A DNA stretch of 64,000 nt from Eukaryota sp. TZLM1-RC (GCA_040285825.1 JAUPSS010000004.1:1964550-2028549); one strand, 5' to 3'. Numbered from the stretch's first letter, positions 20,671-33,420 are shown. Numbers and translations are program-made. Notes: generated by a model from the sequence alone, not told the origin.

Positions 20671-22772
20671 TCATTGTTGGAATAGACTTGAAAATGCAAA
20701 AAGCAATTCTATTTAACCAGAAAGTGGAGTTCATTGTTTTACCAGACTTATTCACTAACACTTTTCCAAAAACTGCAACCCTGAAGGTCCAATATTGCCA
20801 AAAAGAGAAATTGCAAACGGCACAAACTGATATTTCACATGTTCCACTCTACCTCACTGTGCCAAAGGTTCTTCATATTTTTTTATCTTCTTTTTTCGGC
20901 GTTAGATAACGGCGAATCAGCGGAATACACTCAACGAGCAGCAGAATTTTTGCAAACATCAACTGAGACAACATCTACAACATTGAGAACACCATCGATC
21001 CCTGGAGCTACTAAATCTGCCCTTCTTTTACCAAAGGAATCATCAGTTTGATCTGAAGACATCTTACGTACTAATGGCTCAATAAATGCCTCTATATTGA
21101 ATCTTTTGCACATGGCATATAATTGATCACGAACTGAGTCATGAACAATTGAGCGATAAGTTATAAAATACTTACAGTTTAAAATATGGGAAAGCGTAAC
21201 AACACTCTTGCAGCGACACATTAAATCATTTGGTAAAGAACAAGGTCATAGAAAACATCTCATTCTCATTGCAGTGGTCCATTGGTGATCATTGAGTAGA
21301 AGGCCATAAATGTTGGGATTTTGGGAGATTAGGCAACTTGAGCAACTGTCTTCAAGATCAATCAAAAAGTTTGCAAAAACGGGATTTTTTTCTTGAGCCA
21401 AGCTAAGACGTACAATTGATGCTGTTAGGCAGATGAACACACGAAGGAGAGAGAGAAATCTAAGTTTATTAATAAAACTGATTCATAAACGAGTATCACG
21501 TCATCAGTCAAAATACAAAGATACCTACTAATTCAATTTAAGTTCGACAACAACACTACTTTTTCCCATTTTTCTGAGGACAAATACAGTACTGGCTCAA
21601 TAGAGGGAAGATATGGGGTTTGTTAAATACTCCGGTGCATCGTTGGTATGAGAACGTTGGAGACCTACGGGAAGAATTCCTCTGGCAAATCGGTTCAGAA
21701 AAGCTATGTCTGGCAACTTCAGTCCGGAAGCCCTACTCTTTACCTGGAGGAAACGTCGCAGGTAACAGGACATGCGTTCTCGGACGTCACCAATACGGAC
21801 ATCAAGCTTCAGTTCTGACATAGCCAGACTAAAATCTTCGTACGTGACGAACGATACGACAGATTGTAGATGTCTGAGAAGAACATCGTCACTGGATGAG
21901 ACGTCGGATTTCTGGAGAGATAGGGACTCTAACAGAAAAGAATCGACCAAGAGTCTTGCTGGAACAAGCTCTTTCTTAGGAGTCACCGAAGAATAAATCT
22001 TTCACTCCTATAGCAACAGAAGAACACTTTCAACTTTCATGGAAGAAAGAGACGTCAGGTTAACAGAGGGAACAGTCATCTGAAATAAGAAGGGCCAATA
22101 ATTATTGATGCCGTTAGGCAGATGAACACACGAAGGAGAGAGAGAAATCTAAGTTTATTAATAAAACTGATTCATAAACGAGTATCACGTCATCAGTCAA
22201 AATACAAAGACACCTACTAATTCAATTTAAGTTCGACAACAACACAATATAATCCAAGTTTTCTAAAACTTTCAAGATTTTGTTCTGCAATTTTGCAAAG
22301 GTCAGTGGTAGGGAGAGCAAGCTTCTTGGAGGAAGTTCCACATTATCAGAGGGGAAACATTTAGACCAAATATTGGGTGAAAGAGTTTCAATTTCCTGTT
22401 GCAAAGAAATAAGATAAGAGCTGCCACAATTTTCAATGAGATCAATTTTTTTCAGGAAAACGATTCACAAATTCATAAATAAAATTCTTTCCACCTCCAT
22501 TAAAGGCAGCTTCACAAAAATAGCTTGATTTATTAAAATCAACACCACCAAATTTTGTACCACAAAAAATGTGGCTTCGTAACTGAGATGCATCAATTTC
22601 CAATATTTTTGCTAAAAAATTGGTTCTTTGTTCATAAAAAATTCGACAAAACTGCAAAGAAATTGATGGTGATGTTGATCTCAAAATATGAGTAAATTTT
22701 CCAGAATAACAAATTTTTAGGAAACAGAATTTCAAATGTTTCTCAGTATTTAAATTTTCTATTGATTCTAAT
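20670..22772 (-). mobile_element. Second CRE-type element (3' half), interrupted by a mini-LTR element
   Basis: KICYSGKFTHILRS, LENLDYIV|RLSLAQEKNP (split by the insertion), CRC..HILNC, HDSVRD, RRAD and W.NRI.F. Confidence 0.85.
21417..22244 (-). mobile_element. 828-bp non-autonomous mini LTR retrotransposon (TRIM/gag-only-like)
   Basis: 139-bp LTRs at 21417-21555 and 22106-22244 (TG...CA, 2 mismatches). 4-bp TSD CAAT at 21413-16 and 22245-48. Minus-strand PBS-like TGGCCCTTCT after the 5' LTR and purine tract AAAAATGGGAAAAAGTAG before the 3' LTR. Internal ORF from ATG 22079 with two stops. Confidence 0.92.
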
Positions 22773-22912
22773 TCATTTCCTTCAAGATACTGATCAACAT
22801 GATTCATATTAAGAACAGCATTGACGTTACAATTCCATAGACATCCACACTTCCTGTAAGTGAGTAATCTATGTATATTAACTGTTTGTGTTTCTGCTTT
22901 CCTGTGAGGTCC
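22772..22912 (-). pseudogene. Fanzor1 family A internal fragment (Zn finger / RuvC-III) joined to CRE sequence
   Basis: PHRKAETQTVNIHRLLTYRKCGCLWNCNVNAVLNMNHVDQYLEGNE; clear nucleotide similarity to 33021-33160. Confidence 0.8.
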
Positions 22913-23329
22913 TGTAAATAATGAAGCATTTCGAATTCTTGGAGCTGTGTTTGAAAAGCTGTCTTTCTTGACTTTGACATAAAAACCGGACATTCTTTAG
23001 GTACAATCGGTGCACCTTTGATGTTTTAACTACTGAAATTGTTAGTCTCAAATGAACACAATTGTTTTTTACAACTTAGTTTCTCACGAACATTAGCTCA
23101 AGTACTTTAAGACCACTTACCATCGATTAGCGTCAAACGTTCCTTTATTTTGTCTGAAAAATATAAGAGACGAATTTTTTTCGTTTTTGTACCAGTATAT
23201 TGTTTTTTGTATAGCTTAGTCGGTAAACTAACGACAATAAAAGCAATTTGAGTAGCATTGACAGTTGATATTTTTCGTGAAGATTTATTAAATTTCCTGG
23301 AAACCAAGACGTACAATTGCTGTATCTAC

Positions 23330-24677
23330 TTCGTTGTTTGGAGTTCCCAATATTTCACTTGTAGTTCATCTGGATACACAAAATTGCGATATTTCAGCTT
23401 TCTCACGTAGATGGTGTATGATTGAGCTCATAGTTTCTGATATCAGAACAGTTGAGGTTGTGTTCGATTTACATAAACAAATAGACTTCAAAAAAATAGA
23501 AATCTTAAAAATTTGGTGGAGTTGGTTTTTCAAAAGCAGAGTATTTATGCAAAAGTGCTTTTATTGGTGGTATGAAAAATTTTCTTTTTGAATGGAAACT
23601 TCGTTTTGATCATATTCCTTTAAATGAATCACATCCTTTATTAATTTCTCTTGAAAAAATGGTGCAAGAACTACCTGTTGATATTTGGAATAGGAGTTTT
23701 CCTTCAAGTTTGCCTGCTGTGCCTTCGAGATCTTTCACCAACCTTCATCTTGCTGTTGTGAAATTACAGAAGTCTGTTCTTATTGGTTTTGAAGACCTGG
23801 ATTTTTCTAAACGACTTAGTGTGACTAAGATTAATAATCCCGTCTTTGCTGCCTTTTTATCAGACATTCAGAACTGTACTAGTTTAATATCTCAGCAACC
23901 AAGGCCATTTGGTCTTCACTTAACAAATGAAGCTTGGAAACAAAACATGCGGTTGAGATTAGGGATGTATCCAAGTGGTCTTTTGGACAATTCTTATTGT
24001 ATTTGTAAAAAAACCTACTGCCAATTTTCGTCATATTGTGAGCTGTAAGAAATTTCTCCAATATAGGTCAGTTCTTCATAATGCCGTTCGTGATGTGACA
24101 TATGAGATGTTCAAGTGTTACAATTTTAGTTGCAAAGTAGAACCTTTGTTGAAGCATTATAGTGATGATAATCTTTTTAATTCACGTCGAGGTGATTTAA
24201 TTGCTCCTTTTGTGGATTCCTCTCAAGTTGTTGTTGATTTCACTACAGTTGATCCCTTTGCTTTTGTTTATCGCGATGATGTTTTACTTAGTACTAATGG
24301 TCATTTAAACAAGGCTGAAGATCGTAAGAGAGATAAATATACCGAGATATTAAATGATTTAAATAAGAACCTTTATTCGAAGTTTTCGTTTGTTCCTTTT
24401 GCCTTTTCGATTTTTGGCAACATTGGACAATCCGCCTTGAATTTCATCAATGATTTTGGTAATTTATGTCGTTCAAGTGGTAAGAATTTTGCAGAGAATT
24501 TATGGAAAAATCGTATCATTTTCGCTTTGTACAGAAGTGTTCCGAAGTACTTAAGTTTAATGATGTCTAAACTTTATAAGGATTCATCAAGAGTTGGCGT
24601 GGAGAATTTAGTTTCTTATGTGTTTTAGTTTGTTTTGTTTTTATTTGATTCTTTATATAAATAAATAAATAAATAAA
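23330..24677 (+). mobile_element. CRE-type retrotransposon 3' fragment with (TAAA)n tail
   Basis: CIC..HIVSC, HNAVRD, RRGD, DFTTV, EDRKRDKY and WKNRI; (TAAA)n at ~24657-24677. Confidence 0.85.
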
Positions 24678-25439
24678 GAAATCTTAAAAAAATAAGAATT
24701 TCTTCAGTACAATTGGATTGAATCTAGACTCAATGACTCAATGACTTTCTGATTTGATGCTTCATTTTAACATACTTGTTCTTTTGTTTCATTTTATGAT
24801 CTTCTGCCTTTGTTGCTGTAGCTTTCGCTGTGGTATTCTTCAATATAAGTGTGAAAAAGAAGACTTGGGGAAGAAAATGAATCGACTGATTAGCTTTTGA
24901 TTCTACTTACTTGTTCATTTGGAGAATAGATTTTTAATTTTACCATTGTTTGCTTTTGAACGAGTTTTTGAAGACTGTTTTTTTCAAAGTATTGTTTCTA
25001 TCGATACGCTTCTGATTACAGAAAATAAGGATAAATGAACGTAAATAATAAAAAATATTTCTGACAAAAAGTTCATCTTTATTGAGTTACCCCAATGCAG
25101 AACTAACGTTTCTATTCTCTGTGTCAAAAAAATGAAGTCGTCGGTAATATTGGAAACTCATATAACATCTATTGTTAAAATTAATCAAATGATAATAAGA
25201 GATGTAGTGAATTTTATTGTGTTGAGATAACAAAGTGCAACTAATTTGATCAACAACAAAAAGATTCCGATTTTATAATTACTAAAAAAAGGTAACAAGT
25301 AAATTTAACAAAAAAACCAAATGTGTACCAAAGAATTCAGTTAAAACCAATAATAATAATAATAAATTAAAATAAACAAAATAAAATAAAACATAAAAAA
25401 AAGAAAAACAACAAAAGGACTAAGAAGCAAAAGTAAATA

Positions 25440-26552
25440 TCACCTCTTATCATCTTTCATTACATCAACATTGAGCCCTGGAAATTTTTGTTTTAAATTT
25501 CTACGTATAACATCAAGAGAGCAATCGGATGGAAAAAAAGCAAAACATTCTCTAAATGATGGTCGATCATTTGATTGAACACCTTTATTAATTCTCATTG
25601 ATTTAATTTTCTCCACGGTATCCCTACCTGACATGTAATTATCAAAAACAATGAGATATCTAACAGATTCTTGATTTTTGAATAACTTGTTTGGCTTTCT
25701 CTTATTGTGTCTATTTCTGTTTTTGTCCGAGTCGTCTTTTTTCTTCTCTCTTCTCGGCAACCGCTCTGAAGGTGACCTACGTGATCTTGATGGTTCTTCA
25801 AAGAAAGCTGAGGGTGAAATTGATCTTCGACTTCGTTTTGGCGATGGTTCTGTCGATATTTCGGGCGAATGAGCTCTACTAATGTCCACCAAAATATTCC
25901 CCTTGTCGATTCCAGCGACATCTCCAACATTATGCTCGAAATCTATGTACCTACTACGTTTTTCCTCTAATTTTGGTTTGATCAAAGGCTCAGGTTTTTG
26001 AATAAAGCCTTCCACATCAACTTTGACCCCATTTATTACTAAATCTAAATCAATTAAGGCCTCTAAAGCAACTTTGGTATTAAAGAAAGAGTCAAAAATA
26101 ATCTTAAGTTTTAAACTGGTACCATCGTCATCAACATTGATCAAAGGTTCATAAGACTTGGCACCAAAAGGGTTAAAGTGCTGCTTCACGACAGAGGACG
26201 GTAATGAAGTAGGAAAGGAAACAATGAGAAGAGGTTCAACAGGTTGAAATTGTTCAAACGAGGTAGGTTCCCACGCTCCATCCTTTGTTTTGTAGATTAT
26301 GGTTGGGTTCGGATTAAGGGGATGTACTCGAAGATGATCAAATGCATTGCGATAGGAAGACATTCTGAAAAAGGTGACATGGGCTACACACTTTGAAATG
26401 TCGGTCGTGCGAGGTCGTATTATTTTACAAGTATTTACATAACCAAAACGACCAAGAGTGCTGTATAGAAACTGTGGAGATAGTCCAAAAGGGACATCGA
26501 ACTCAATGCTTAATGATGTATCAAAGATGATATTATCATACTTATGAAACAT
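25440..26552 (-). CDS. Putative RRM-containing RNA-binding protein with R/S/K-rich region
   Basis: L...LGRFG.V...KII......CVAHVTF (RNP1-like), a second degenerate RRM, an SR-like low-complexity tract and C-terminal CFAFF. Confidence 0.6.
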   Translation of the reverse strand: MFHKYDNIIFDTSLSIEFDVPFGLSPQFLYSTLGRFGYVNTCKIIRPRTTDISKCVAHVTFFRMSSYRNAFDHLRVHPLNPNPTIIYKTKDGAWEPTSFEQFQPVEPLLIVSFPTSLPSSVVKQHFNPFGAKSYEPLINVDDDGTSLKLKIIFDSFFNTKVALEALIDLDLVINGVKVDVEGFIQKPEPLIKPKLEEKRSRYIDFEHNVGDVAGIDKGNILVDISRAHSPEISTEPSPKRSRRSISPSAFFEEPSRSRRSPSERLPRREKKKDDSDKNRNRHNKRKPNKLFKNQESVRYLIVFDNYMSGRDTVEKIKSMRINKGVQSNDRPSFRECFAFFPSDCSLDVIRRNLKQKFPGLNVDVMKDDKR

Positions 26553-26729
26553 CGATGGGAAACAAAGTAAAGAAGTTTAATTTTTTGAAAAATATTTAAG
26601 GTCAATTAGCTTTGGTTTACTTGAGGAAAAGGTCTATTCTTGATATAAACATGAAAACGTATTCAATTGTTGTGTATATCGTTGATTATTATATTTCGAT
26701 CTTATCGCATTTATTGAATTTGCACACTT

Positions 26730-29700
26730 GATTAAATTAAATCATAACTAATGGGACGACTATCATTAAACCAAGATTTCCTCTACAAAATCTTGATTTG
26801 CTTGCTGTCTAGCTAAAGCTTCTCTAATTCGATTGAAAAACCGCGGTAATCTATTAATAATGGCAAATTGAATCCGTGAACGCCATAAAAAAATATCAAA
26901 TCTTTTCATTGTTTTTTCTTTCACCATTTTTTGGAAGTCATCCAAAAAAGTTTCTGCTTCAACTGATAATCTTCCATTTATCGAAAATGGGAAAGCAATA
27001 AAAACCAGATGTGTATTTCTATCGACATTTGCATCTTCAATTTCTTTATCATATTTTCTATGTTTTTCTTTTGCTTTAAAATCCAGAGCAGCCACAGGAT
27101 TAAGTTTTCTTCTGTGAACCAAAGTATCATTTGCAACATTACATGAGACAAAGTCAACAATAGCTTCAGAATTATCAATCCAATCACAGTATACATCACC
27201 TCTATCATCAGAACCAAAATTATTCAGAGAAAGTGTTTCCTTCAGCAGGGGATCTTTGATACACGATATCCTTGCAGTTTGTGCCATATTGAAAACAGTG
27301 TCTCTAACAGCATCATGTAATGAAGAACGATAAGTTATCAATTTAGAGCAATTTAGAGCATGGCGCAAAGTGAGTTGAGGTGAATTCGAACAAATACATT
27401 TTTCTTTTGATAATAATTGGTTAATGGGGATGTTCAAATATAATCTCATTTTTGTTACAAATGCTTCATTAGTGGCACACAATCCAAATCTTCGTGGTAC
27501 AATGGTTACAAAAAGTGAAGAATCTGACGCCTTGTTTTCACAAACAGCCTTTTCCAATAACAATGAGTGAAGATCTTGATTTAAAACAGCCGAGCTGCAA
27601 ATATTATTATAAGGATCTTTTTCATACATTCCAGTCAATCTTTTCTGTAATGTTCGAAGAGTGTACTTCAAATTTAAAACATTTTTTTCTGGAATATTGC
27701 CATTGAATGATTGGGGAAAACACCGACCCCATTTTTCTACATCAATTCTTGAAATTTCTTCATTTAATGCAAAAACAGTGGAACTTTGCGTTGTCATCAA
27801 TAAATCTTCCCAATCTGCAAATCCTTCGGAAAACTCAAAGATTGCATTTCTGCATCCACCAACAAAAGCACACGAGGTAAGAATAGAAGCCTTCGTCCAC
27901 CCTAAACCACCATAATGTGGACTAAGGTAAGCATGATCTGGAATTTGAAACATTTTACATCCCAGTAATTGAGACAGAACTTTTGCACGTAACTCATTAA
28001 ACTTTTGAGCCAAAGGTCTAGTGATGAGAGGATTTGTAGATCGAAATATATGATTAAAATTGGAACTAAAACACAGTCTTATAATGGTAAATTTGATGTG
28101 TTTTTTTATATCTAAATTCATCATTCGGTCAATTTTGTCGAAATTGAGTTCAACTTTTCAAACAATTTTTTGGTAATTTCATCATTATTTCCTAAAAGCG
28201 AACCCAAATGACGAATAGCATCAATTGAATATAATTTGGCTTGAATTTCAATATCATCAATTATTGTGGAAACTGGAGAATTCGATAACAAAACACATTT
28301 AAGTAAATTAAGTCGGAGACCAATTTTGGTAAATTATTCTTTAAAACATACAGTTGCTTTTTTCACAATATTTAAATCACCAATAAGCACAACATCATCC
28401 ATATATGCAATCATTTTTAGTGAAGGAAACATCTCTTGAATTTGCAGTAGAATAGGATGAATGGCCAAACAAAACAAAAGAGGTCCTAACGGATCTCCTT
28501 GCTTTACGCCACTTGATGAACTCAAAATGTTGTTACCAAAATGTAAATTAGAATATGTGCAATATGTTGATTGAAAATACGGTATTAATTCCGGCATATA
28601 TTGCAATAGAGCACCATGGATACTGCGACGACATTGTGAATTGAAAGCATTACTAAAATCCAATGACATACAAACATTGGATTCATTTTGGCGAAATTAA
28701 ACATCAGTAGCAAATATCGCTGAAGAGACTCCATCTGTAGTATTTATACCATATTGAAAGGGTAATAAAATTTTTTTTGCTTTCTCGTTAAACCTGCTTA
28801 AGCAACACGCAGAAAAATATTGTGTAAGCTCTCAGAGACTGCAATAGGACGAACATCCATTTTTGAATTTTTGACAAGTGCAGTCAAACGAGAACTTCTT
28901 AAATCTTCTGGGTATTTGCGTTGACCAGATAATATTTGGTTGAAAAATTTAGTCAATAAACCAAGGCAATCTTCTGAAGAAATAATTGCGGCTTTTACAT
29001 GATCAATAGTAATACCAGAAAGTCCGGCAGACTTACCACGAGGTCTCTTTTTGATAACCGAAAAAACTTCTGATGGCATCAATGGATAATTTTACCAGTA
29101 TGTGCCGTAAAAATTTTGATCCATTATAGGGTCTTCATAAGGATGAAGTATTTTCAGTTTATCTATTGTATTTTCATTGTTCGGTGCTTTAACTCCGGGA
29201 CTTAAAGCTGACAAAGCCTTGGACCATTTGTTGTCAAAGCATTTGTCTTCAAAAATTTTACTTAATTTCTCGGATGCCTGATTTCTCGGTGCTATATTAG
29301 TTAAATCTTCAGAAATATTAACGAAATTTTGTTCAAAAGGAGGACAAAAAGAACCAAAAAATTCCCAAATAATATTGATAGCATACTTTCCTTTACATAA
29401 TTGATCCAAAAATCTTTGAAAAACGAAAGCAAATTCATTGCATTTGGTCGGATGAATTTCTTGAGGTATTCTTATAGGAGGATGGTAGTTATCAACTATG
29501 CGGCATTTCAAGCAGCGGTCAGAAGTTTTTCCTTTTGCATTTTTTCTAAAAGAAATACCACAAGTGTTGCAAGTTTTGTGCTTTAATCGGTTGCAAACTG
29601 GTTTTGCAACAATTTGTGGAGCATTATTTGAGGGTTCTACCTTAGACTCTTTCCTTCTAATAAATTTTCTTTTACATTTTGTTTCAGAATTTGCCGCATC

Positions 29701-29990
29701 ATTTTTTCCAACATTGGGGCATGTTCGAGCATTATGTCCCTGTTGTCGACACTTTGAGCATCTGTAGGAGCGTGGCTTTGTTTTTGAACAAACTTTGTTT
29801 TCATCGTGATTGTCTAAAAATTCTTGATCAGAATTTTTTTTGTCCAAAAATGAAGAGAGAAGAGGTTGAGGAGGAGAGGTGGAAAGGACGTCTTGAGCAT
29901 CTTGTTGACTATCGTTCTTTCTTTTGACTCCATTAGAATCAGAAACTGATTCAGGCATCAACAAGAAAGAATAGAAGCAATGATCTCGGT
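26730..29990 (-). mobile_element. Near full-length CRE-type retrotransposon with N-terminal CCHC knuckle, frameshifted
   Basis: RCSKCRQQGHNARTC, RLTALVK..VRPIAVSE, LDFSNAFNS, GVKQGDPLGPLLF, YMDD, CIC..HALNC, HDAVRD, RGD and EK..KY. Confidence 0.92.
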
Positions 29991-30059
29991 TCAGCCAGGT
30001 TTTAAGTTAAACGGTTATATGTAGAGGAAGAAAAAAAATTCGATCTTTTAATACTCTTA

Positions 30060-30790
30060 TCTCTAGACTTTTGACGCAGGAGGTTAATGAAGTACCTGCT
30101 AAAGTTTTGTCTTAGCTGATATGGTGTAGAAACTTTCATATTCCTAATGACGCTTATCTTAGTCCACACTATGGTGCTTTAGGCTGGGCTCATGCCTCAA
30201 TTCTTACTTCGAATTCTTTCATTAATTAATTTTCAGGGATGTCATAATTGAGTTTTCTCAAAGATTTGCAGATTCGAAAGATGTATAAACAACAATCCAA
30301 AGCTCAAAAATCTTTGCATTAGAAGAAGAATTTAAAAATTGATATAGACAAATGGGATCGATCCTTCTTTCAACCATTCAATGGAAGTATTTTTAAAAAT
30401 ATCAGTTGAAGTTGAAATTGAGAACGCTTCAAACTCTGCAAAAACGAAAAACTAAAATGTATGGAGAAAATTTTGTTAATTTTATATGCAGCTCGCATCT
30501 CAGCTGCTTTGAATCATGATTTTCATTCATTGGTGACGGAACAAGGTGTACGTTAGAATATGTCATCAAATTCGTCACTATTTGCCACCATTGTGCTGCG
30601 AAGGTTTGGTCTATGTGCAATGAAGCTTTTGTACTAAAAATGAGAGTATAACTGAATATTGTAGTGTATTTGTTATTGAACGGAAACATTTAGAAAATAA
30701 AAAGTAGAACTAATGGGACTAAATTCAATGAACCAAGGTTTCCTCTACAATATCCTGATGTGCTTGTTTTCTCGCCATGCTTCTCTTATT
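30060..30790. mobile_element. Degenerate rearranged fragments of the 26.7-30 kb CRE family
   Basis: Plus strand resembles AYLSPHYG.LGW..ASILTS; 30705-30790 resembles the 3' end at 26745-26830 in the opposite orientation. Confidence 0.7.
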
Positions 30791-31751
30791 TGAAGAAGCT
30801 TATGCTGATAGAATTAGACAACTTGTTCTTATTGTTTTCGCATTTTAAAAAACGGATATCTATCAGTACAAATAGGAAATCCCTTGAATGATTTCCAAAA
30901 TTTGAAGAGATCTGAATTGCTATTCACTATTACCAAAATGTCTTTAAGTACTCATCCAGTTAATATAGTGTTTTCTCATTGTGAAAGACAAAGTTATTCC
31001 AAAATTCAGTTCTTCTTTTATGAAATGTAATTTTCATAATTTGACATCAATGTTCCTTTGTTCCAAGAAGCCAGCTTTTTCTTCTACATCGTTCTCTACA
31101 TTATTTACTGTTTCTCGCAACACTGCCAAACCACAGGCATTAATAGACATTGACATGATGATGATATGATGAAGTGGTTATTTTGTGGATGATTAAATTC
31201 ATAAAACGTTCACGAAAAAGGAATGGAATCTCTGATTTGTGAAACAGACTTTACCTCAAATTTTTGCAAACAGTGCCTTTTGTCCTGTGTTGGTTTATTC
31301 TTCTACTACTTGTTATACCAATACCATGAAGTTGAAATTTGACACCATTTCCTATTGTTATTAACCAGCATTTTACAGTATGTTACACAACACCTAAACC
31401 TAAACCAAAAAAGACGCTCAACTGAAGGAGTCAGTCAGACTAAAAGACATAATTAATTTATTGAGAAGATCGAATCACAAAAAAAGTTCAAACCAAACAC
31501 TGGTTCTGATAATTAAATAAACAAGAATTACCAAAGTCAACACAAAGTAACCCAAACTAACCCCAACAATTGATATATTGGAAAGAAATATAAGTAAAGA
31601 AAAAAAAAGAATTTGAAAATTCTGCAAACTTTCCAGTAATTTCAAAATGGAAACAGCCAATTCAGGATAATAGACTAACAAAATTCCATTGATCTCAAAC
31701 AAAAACCAAAAGAAGGCACTTGTTCGAATCAAACTCCCAAAATCAACAACC

Positions 31752-32939
31752 TTAAATGCGCATTTCCCTATTTAATTTTAACTCGACTGCCTCAGCTAAT
31801 GTTTGAGCAATTTCAAAGTAAACTTGCTGAAGTCTATAAAGATCGTCTTCATAATTAACCATTAATTGCTGAAAGGCCTCCATCCAAGGAACCGAGCAAC
31901 ACAGATGGAGAACCGGAACAGTATCCGAATGATGAAGTTTCCCGGCAAGTTTGGCCATCATTTCATTTATCTCAGTTTCGGTTAAGTTTTTAGTTGATTG
32001 AGCCAGATTTGAAAGTTCATTGTGTTGTTTCCGCAATATGAGCAACTTCTTTTTGGAAAGTAATTTCTTCTTCTTCTTCTCCACCTTGCTTCTGTTTTCT
32101 TCAATGGCAACATCCAAATTTCTTATTACGACACCAATGAAAAGGTTAGTAAAAAGAATATGTCCCATTAAAACGAATGCAAGAATATAAAACCTACTAC
32201 TCTTATCATGTGTATCAAGAACTCTGTTAACTTCTGTCCATTCATCAATAGTCACATAACACATTAATGTCAATAGAGCACTTCCCAAGCTTCCATAACG
32301 TTCAGGATCACCTTCTGTTCCGTAAAGGTAATACCCCATAATACCAAAAACATAAAGGATAAGGATCAGTAACAAGGCCAAGTTTCCTATAGACAGTACC
32401 GTTTTGATTAAAGCCTCGAATAATATCCTGAGGGCTGGAATAATTGAGATGGCTCTTAATGAACGCATGGCTCTGAGGGCTTGAACGACCCTTAGGACAG
32501 ATAAATCGCCGAGAAAGTTGAGAAAAGTGAAATTGACTTGGATGAAGGTGAAAAGGGATACCAAAAGAATAAAAAAATCAAACTTATTGTAATGGTTATG
32601 CCAATATTGATTCCCGAGGCCATAATACTTTAGAATGAATTCAAAAAGATAAATAGAGAGGAAGATAGCATCAAGGATAGCAATGAGGTGCTTAAAGTCC
32701 ATTGCAAAGGATCTAGAAGTTTGGAGAGCAACAGAGATTACGTTGATTAGAATGACAAAGATTAAGACGATGGAAAAAGCAGGGTGGACAGCAACAGTGT
32801 AAGCAAACTCATGAAGTGAAGATCTGAACTGACGGTTCTCATCAAATGCATCAAAAAAACCTGCTGCTGTGGAATTTGTATCATATTTAGTAAGTCCATC
32901 CAGTGAAAAGGATTTGTCAAACCCCAAAGAAGAAGACAT
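31752..32939 (-). CDS. CATSPER3: Single-domain voltage-gated Ca2+ channel subunit, CatSper3-like
   Basis: 6-TM Ion_trans; S4 LRVVQALRAMRSLR; pore TIDEW; S6 FTNLFIGVVI.N. The C-tail LHHSD.V........S.P........LYRLQQVYFEI resembles the CatSper3 tail. Confidence 0.75.
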   Translation of the reverse strand: MSSSLGFDKSFSLDGLTKYDTNSTAAGFFDAFDENRQFRSSLHEFAYTVAVHPAFSIVLIFVILINVISVALQTSRSFAMDFKHLIAILDAIFLSIYLFEFILKYYGLGNQYWHNHYNKFDFFILLVSLFTFIQVNFTFLNFLGDLSVLRVVQALRAMRSLRAISIIPALRILFEALIKTVLSIGNLALLLILILYVFGIMGYYLYGTEGDPERYGSLGSALLTLMCYVTIDEWTEVNRVLDTHDKSSRFYILAFVLMGHILFTNLFIGVVIRNLDVAIEENRSKVEKKKKKLLSKKKLLILRKQHNELSNLAQSTKNLTETEINEMMAKLAGKLHHSDTVPVLHLCCSVPWMEAFQQLMVNYEDDLYRLQQVYFEIAQTLAEAVELKLNREMRI

Positions 32940-33420
32940 CGGCTAGCAGCACAAAAATGTCAAGTTGCAACCCGTTGAGATTGCTGGAAAGTGAAGATGA
33001 AATGAATCAAGTTGATCTTTTCATTTCCTTTCAGATACTGATCAACATGAATCATATTAAGGACAGCATAGACATTACGATTCCATAGACATCCACACTT
33101 CTTGCAAGTGAGTTATCCATGTCTGAGGACTGTTGGAGTCTTTGCTCTCCAGTAAGGTCTTGGATTAGGTACTTGATGTTTCTTTACATTTTCAACTTCT
33201 TTTCCCTCGAGTACATATGCATGACATCGACAAGTTATTCTATATTCATCCAGTAGCAATCACCGGAAGTTACGTTTTTTAAACATCTTTCGGTAACCAA
33301 CATTCTTTGTAGGTGCTTGATGTCTAAAATTGGGTTGTTTCCCATCACTACAATGTTATCTTCTGGATTTCCAAACTTAATCTCAAATTTATTCATCCAT
33401 TTTGCTTCAAACCATACTTG
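32940..33420 (-). pseudogene. Fanzor1 family A relic (C-terminal third + right end) abutting the CatSper ATG
   Basis: EAKWMNKFEIKFGNPEDNIVVMG / QPNFRHQAPTKNVGYRKMFKKRNFR*LLLDEYRITCRCHA...NPRPY...RHG*LTCKKCGCLWNRNVYAVLNMIHV. Stop 33007-33009, then 67 nt ending TAGCCG|ATG. Confidence 0.9.

Noticed and set aside
21417-22244. CRISPR-like direct repeats
   Set aside because: Only two 139-bp repeats with TG..CA ends and a TSD; these are LTRs.
22442-22993. 183-aa ORF as a functional Fanzor-retrotransposon fusion protein
   Set aside because: A chance in-frame join of two dead fragments at a short AATGAA microhomology; the catalytic Asp is lost and there is no RT core.
24826-24900. Possible Fanzor RuvC-III trace CGILQYKCEK...MNR
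   Set aside because: No D.N motif or other supporting motifs; could be chance.
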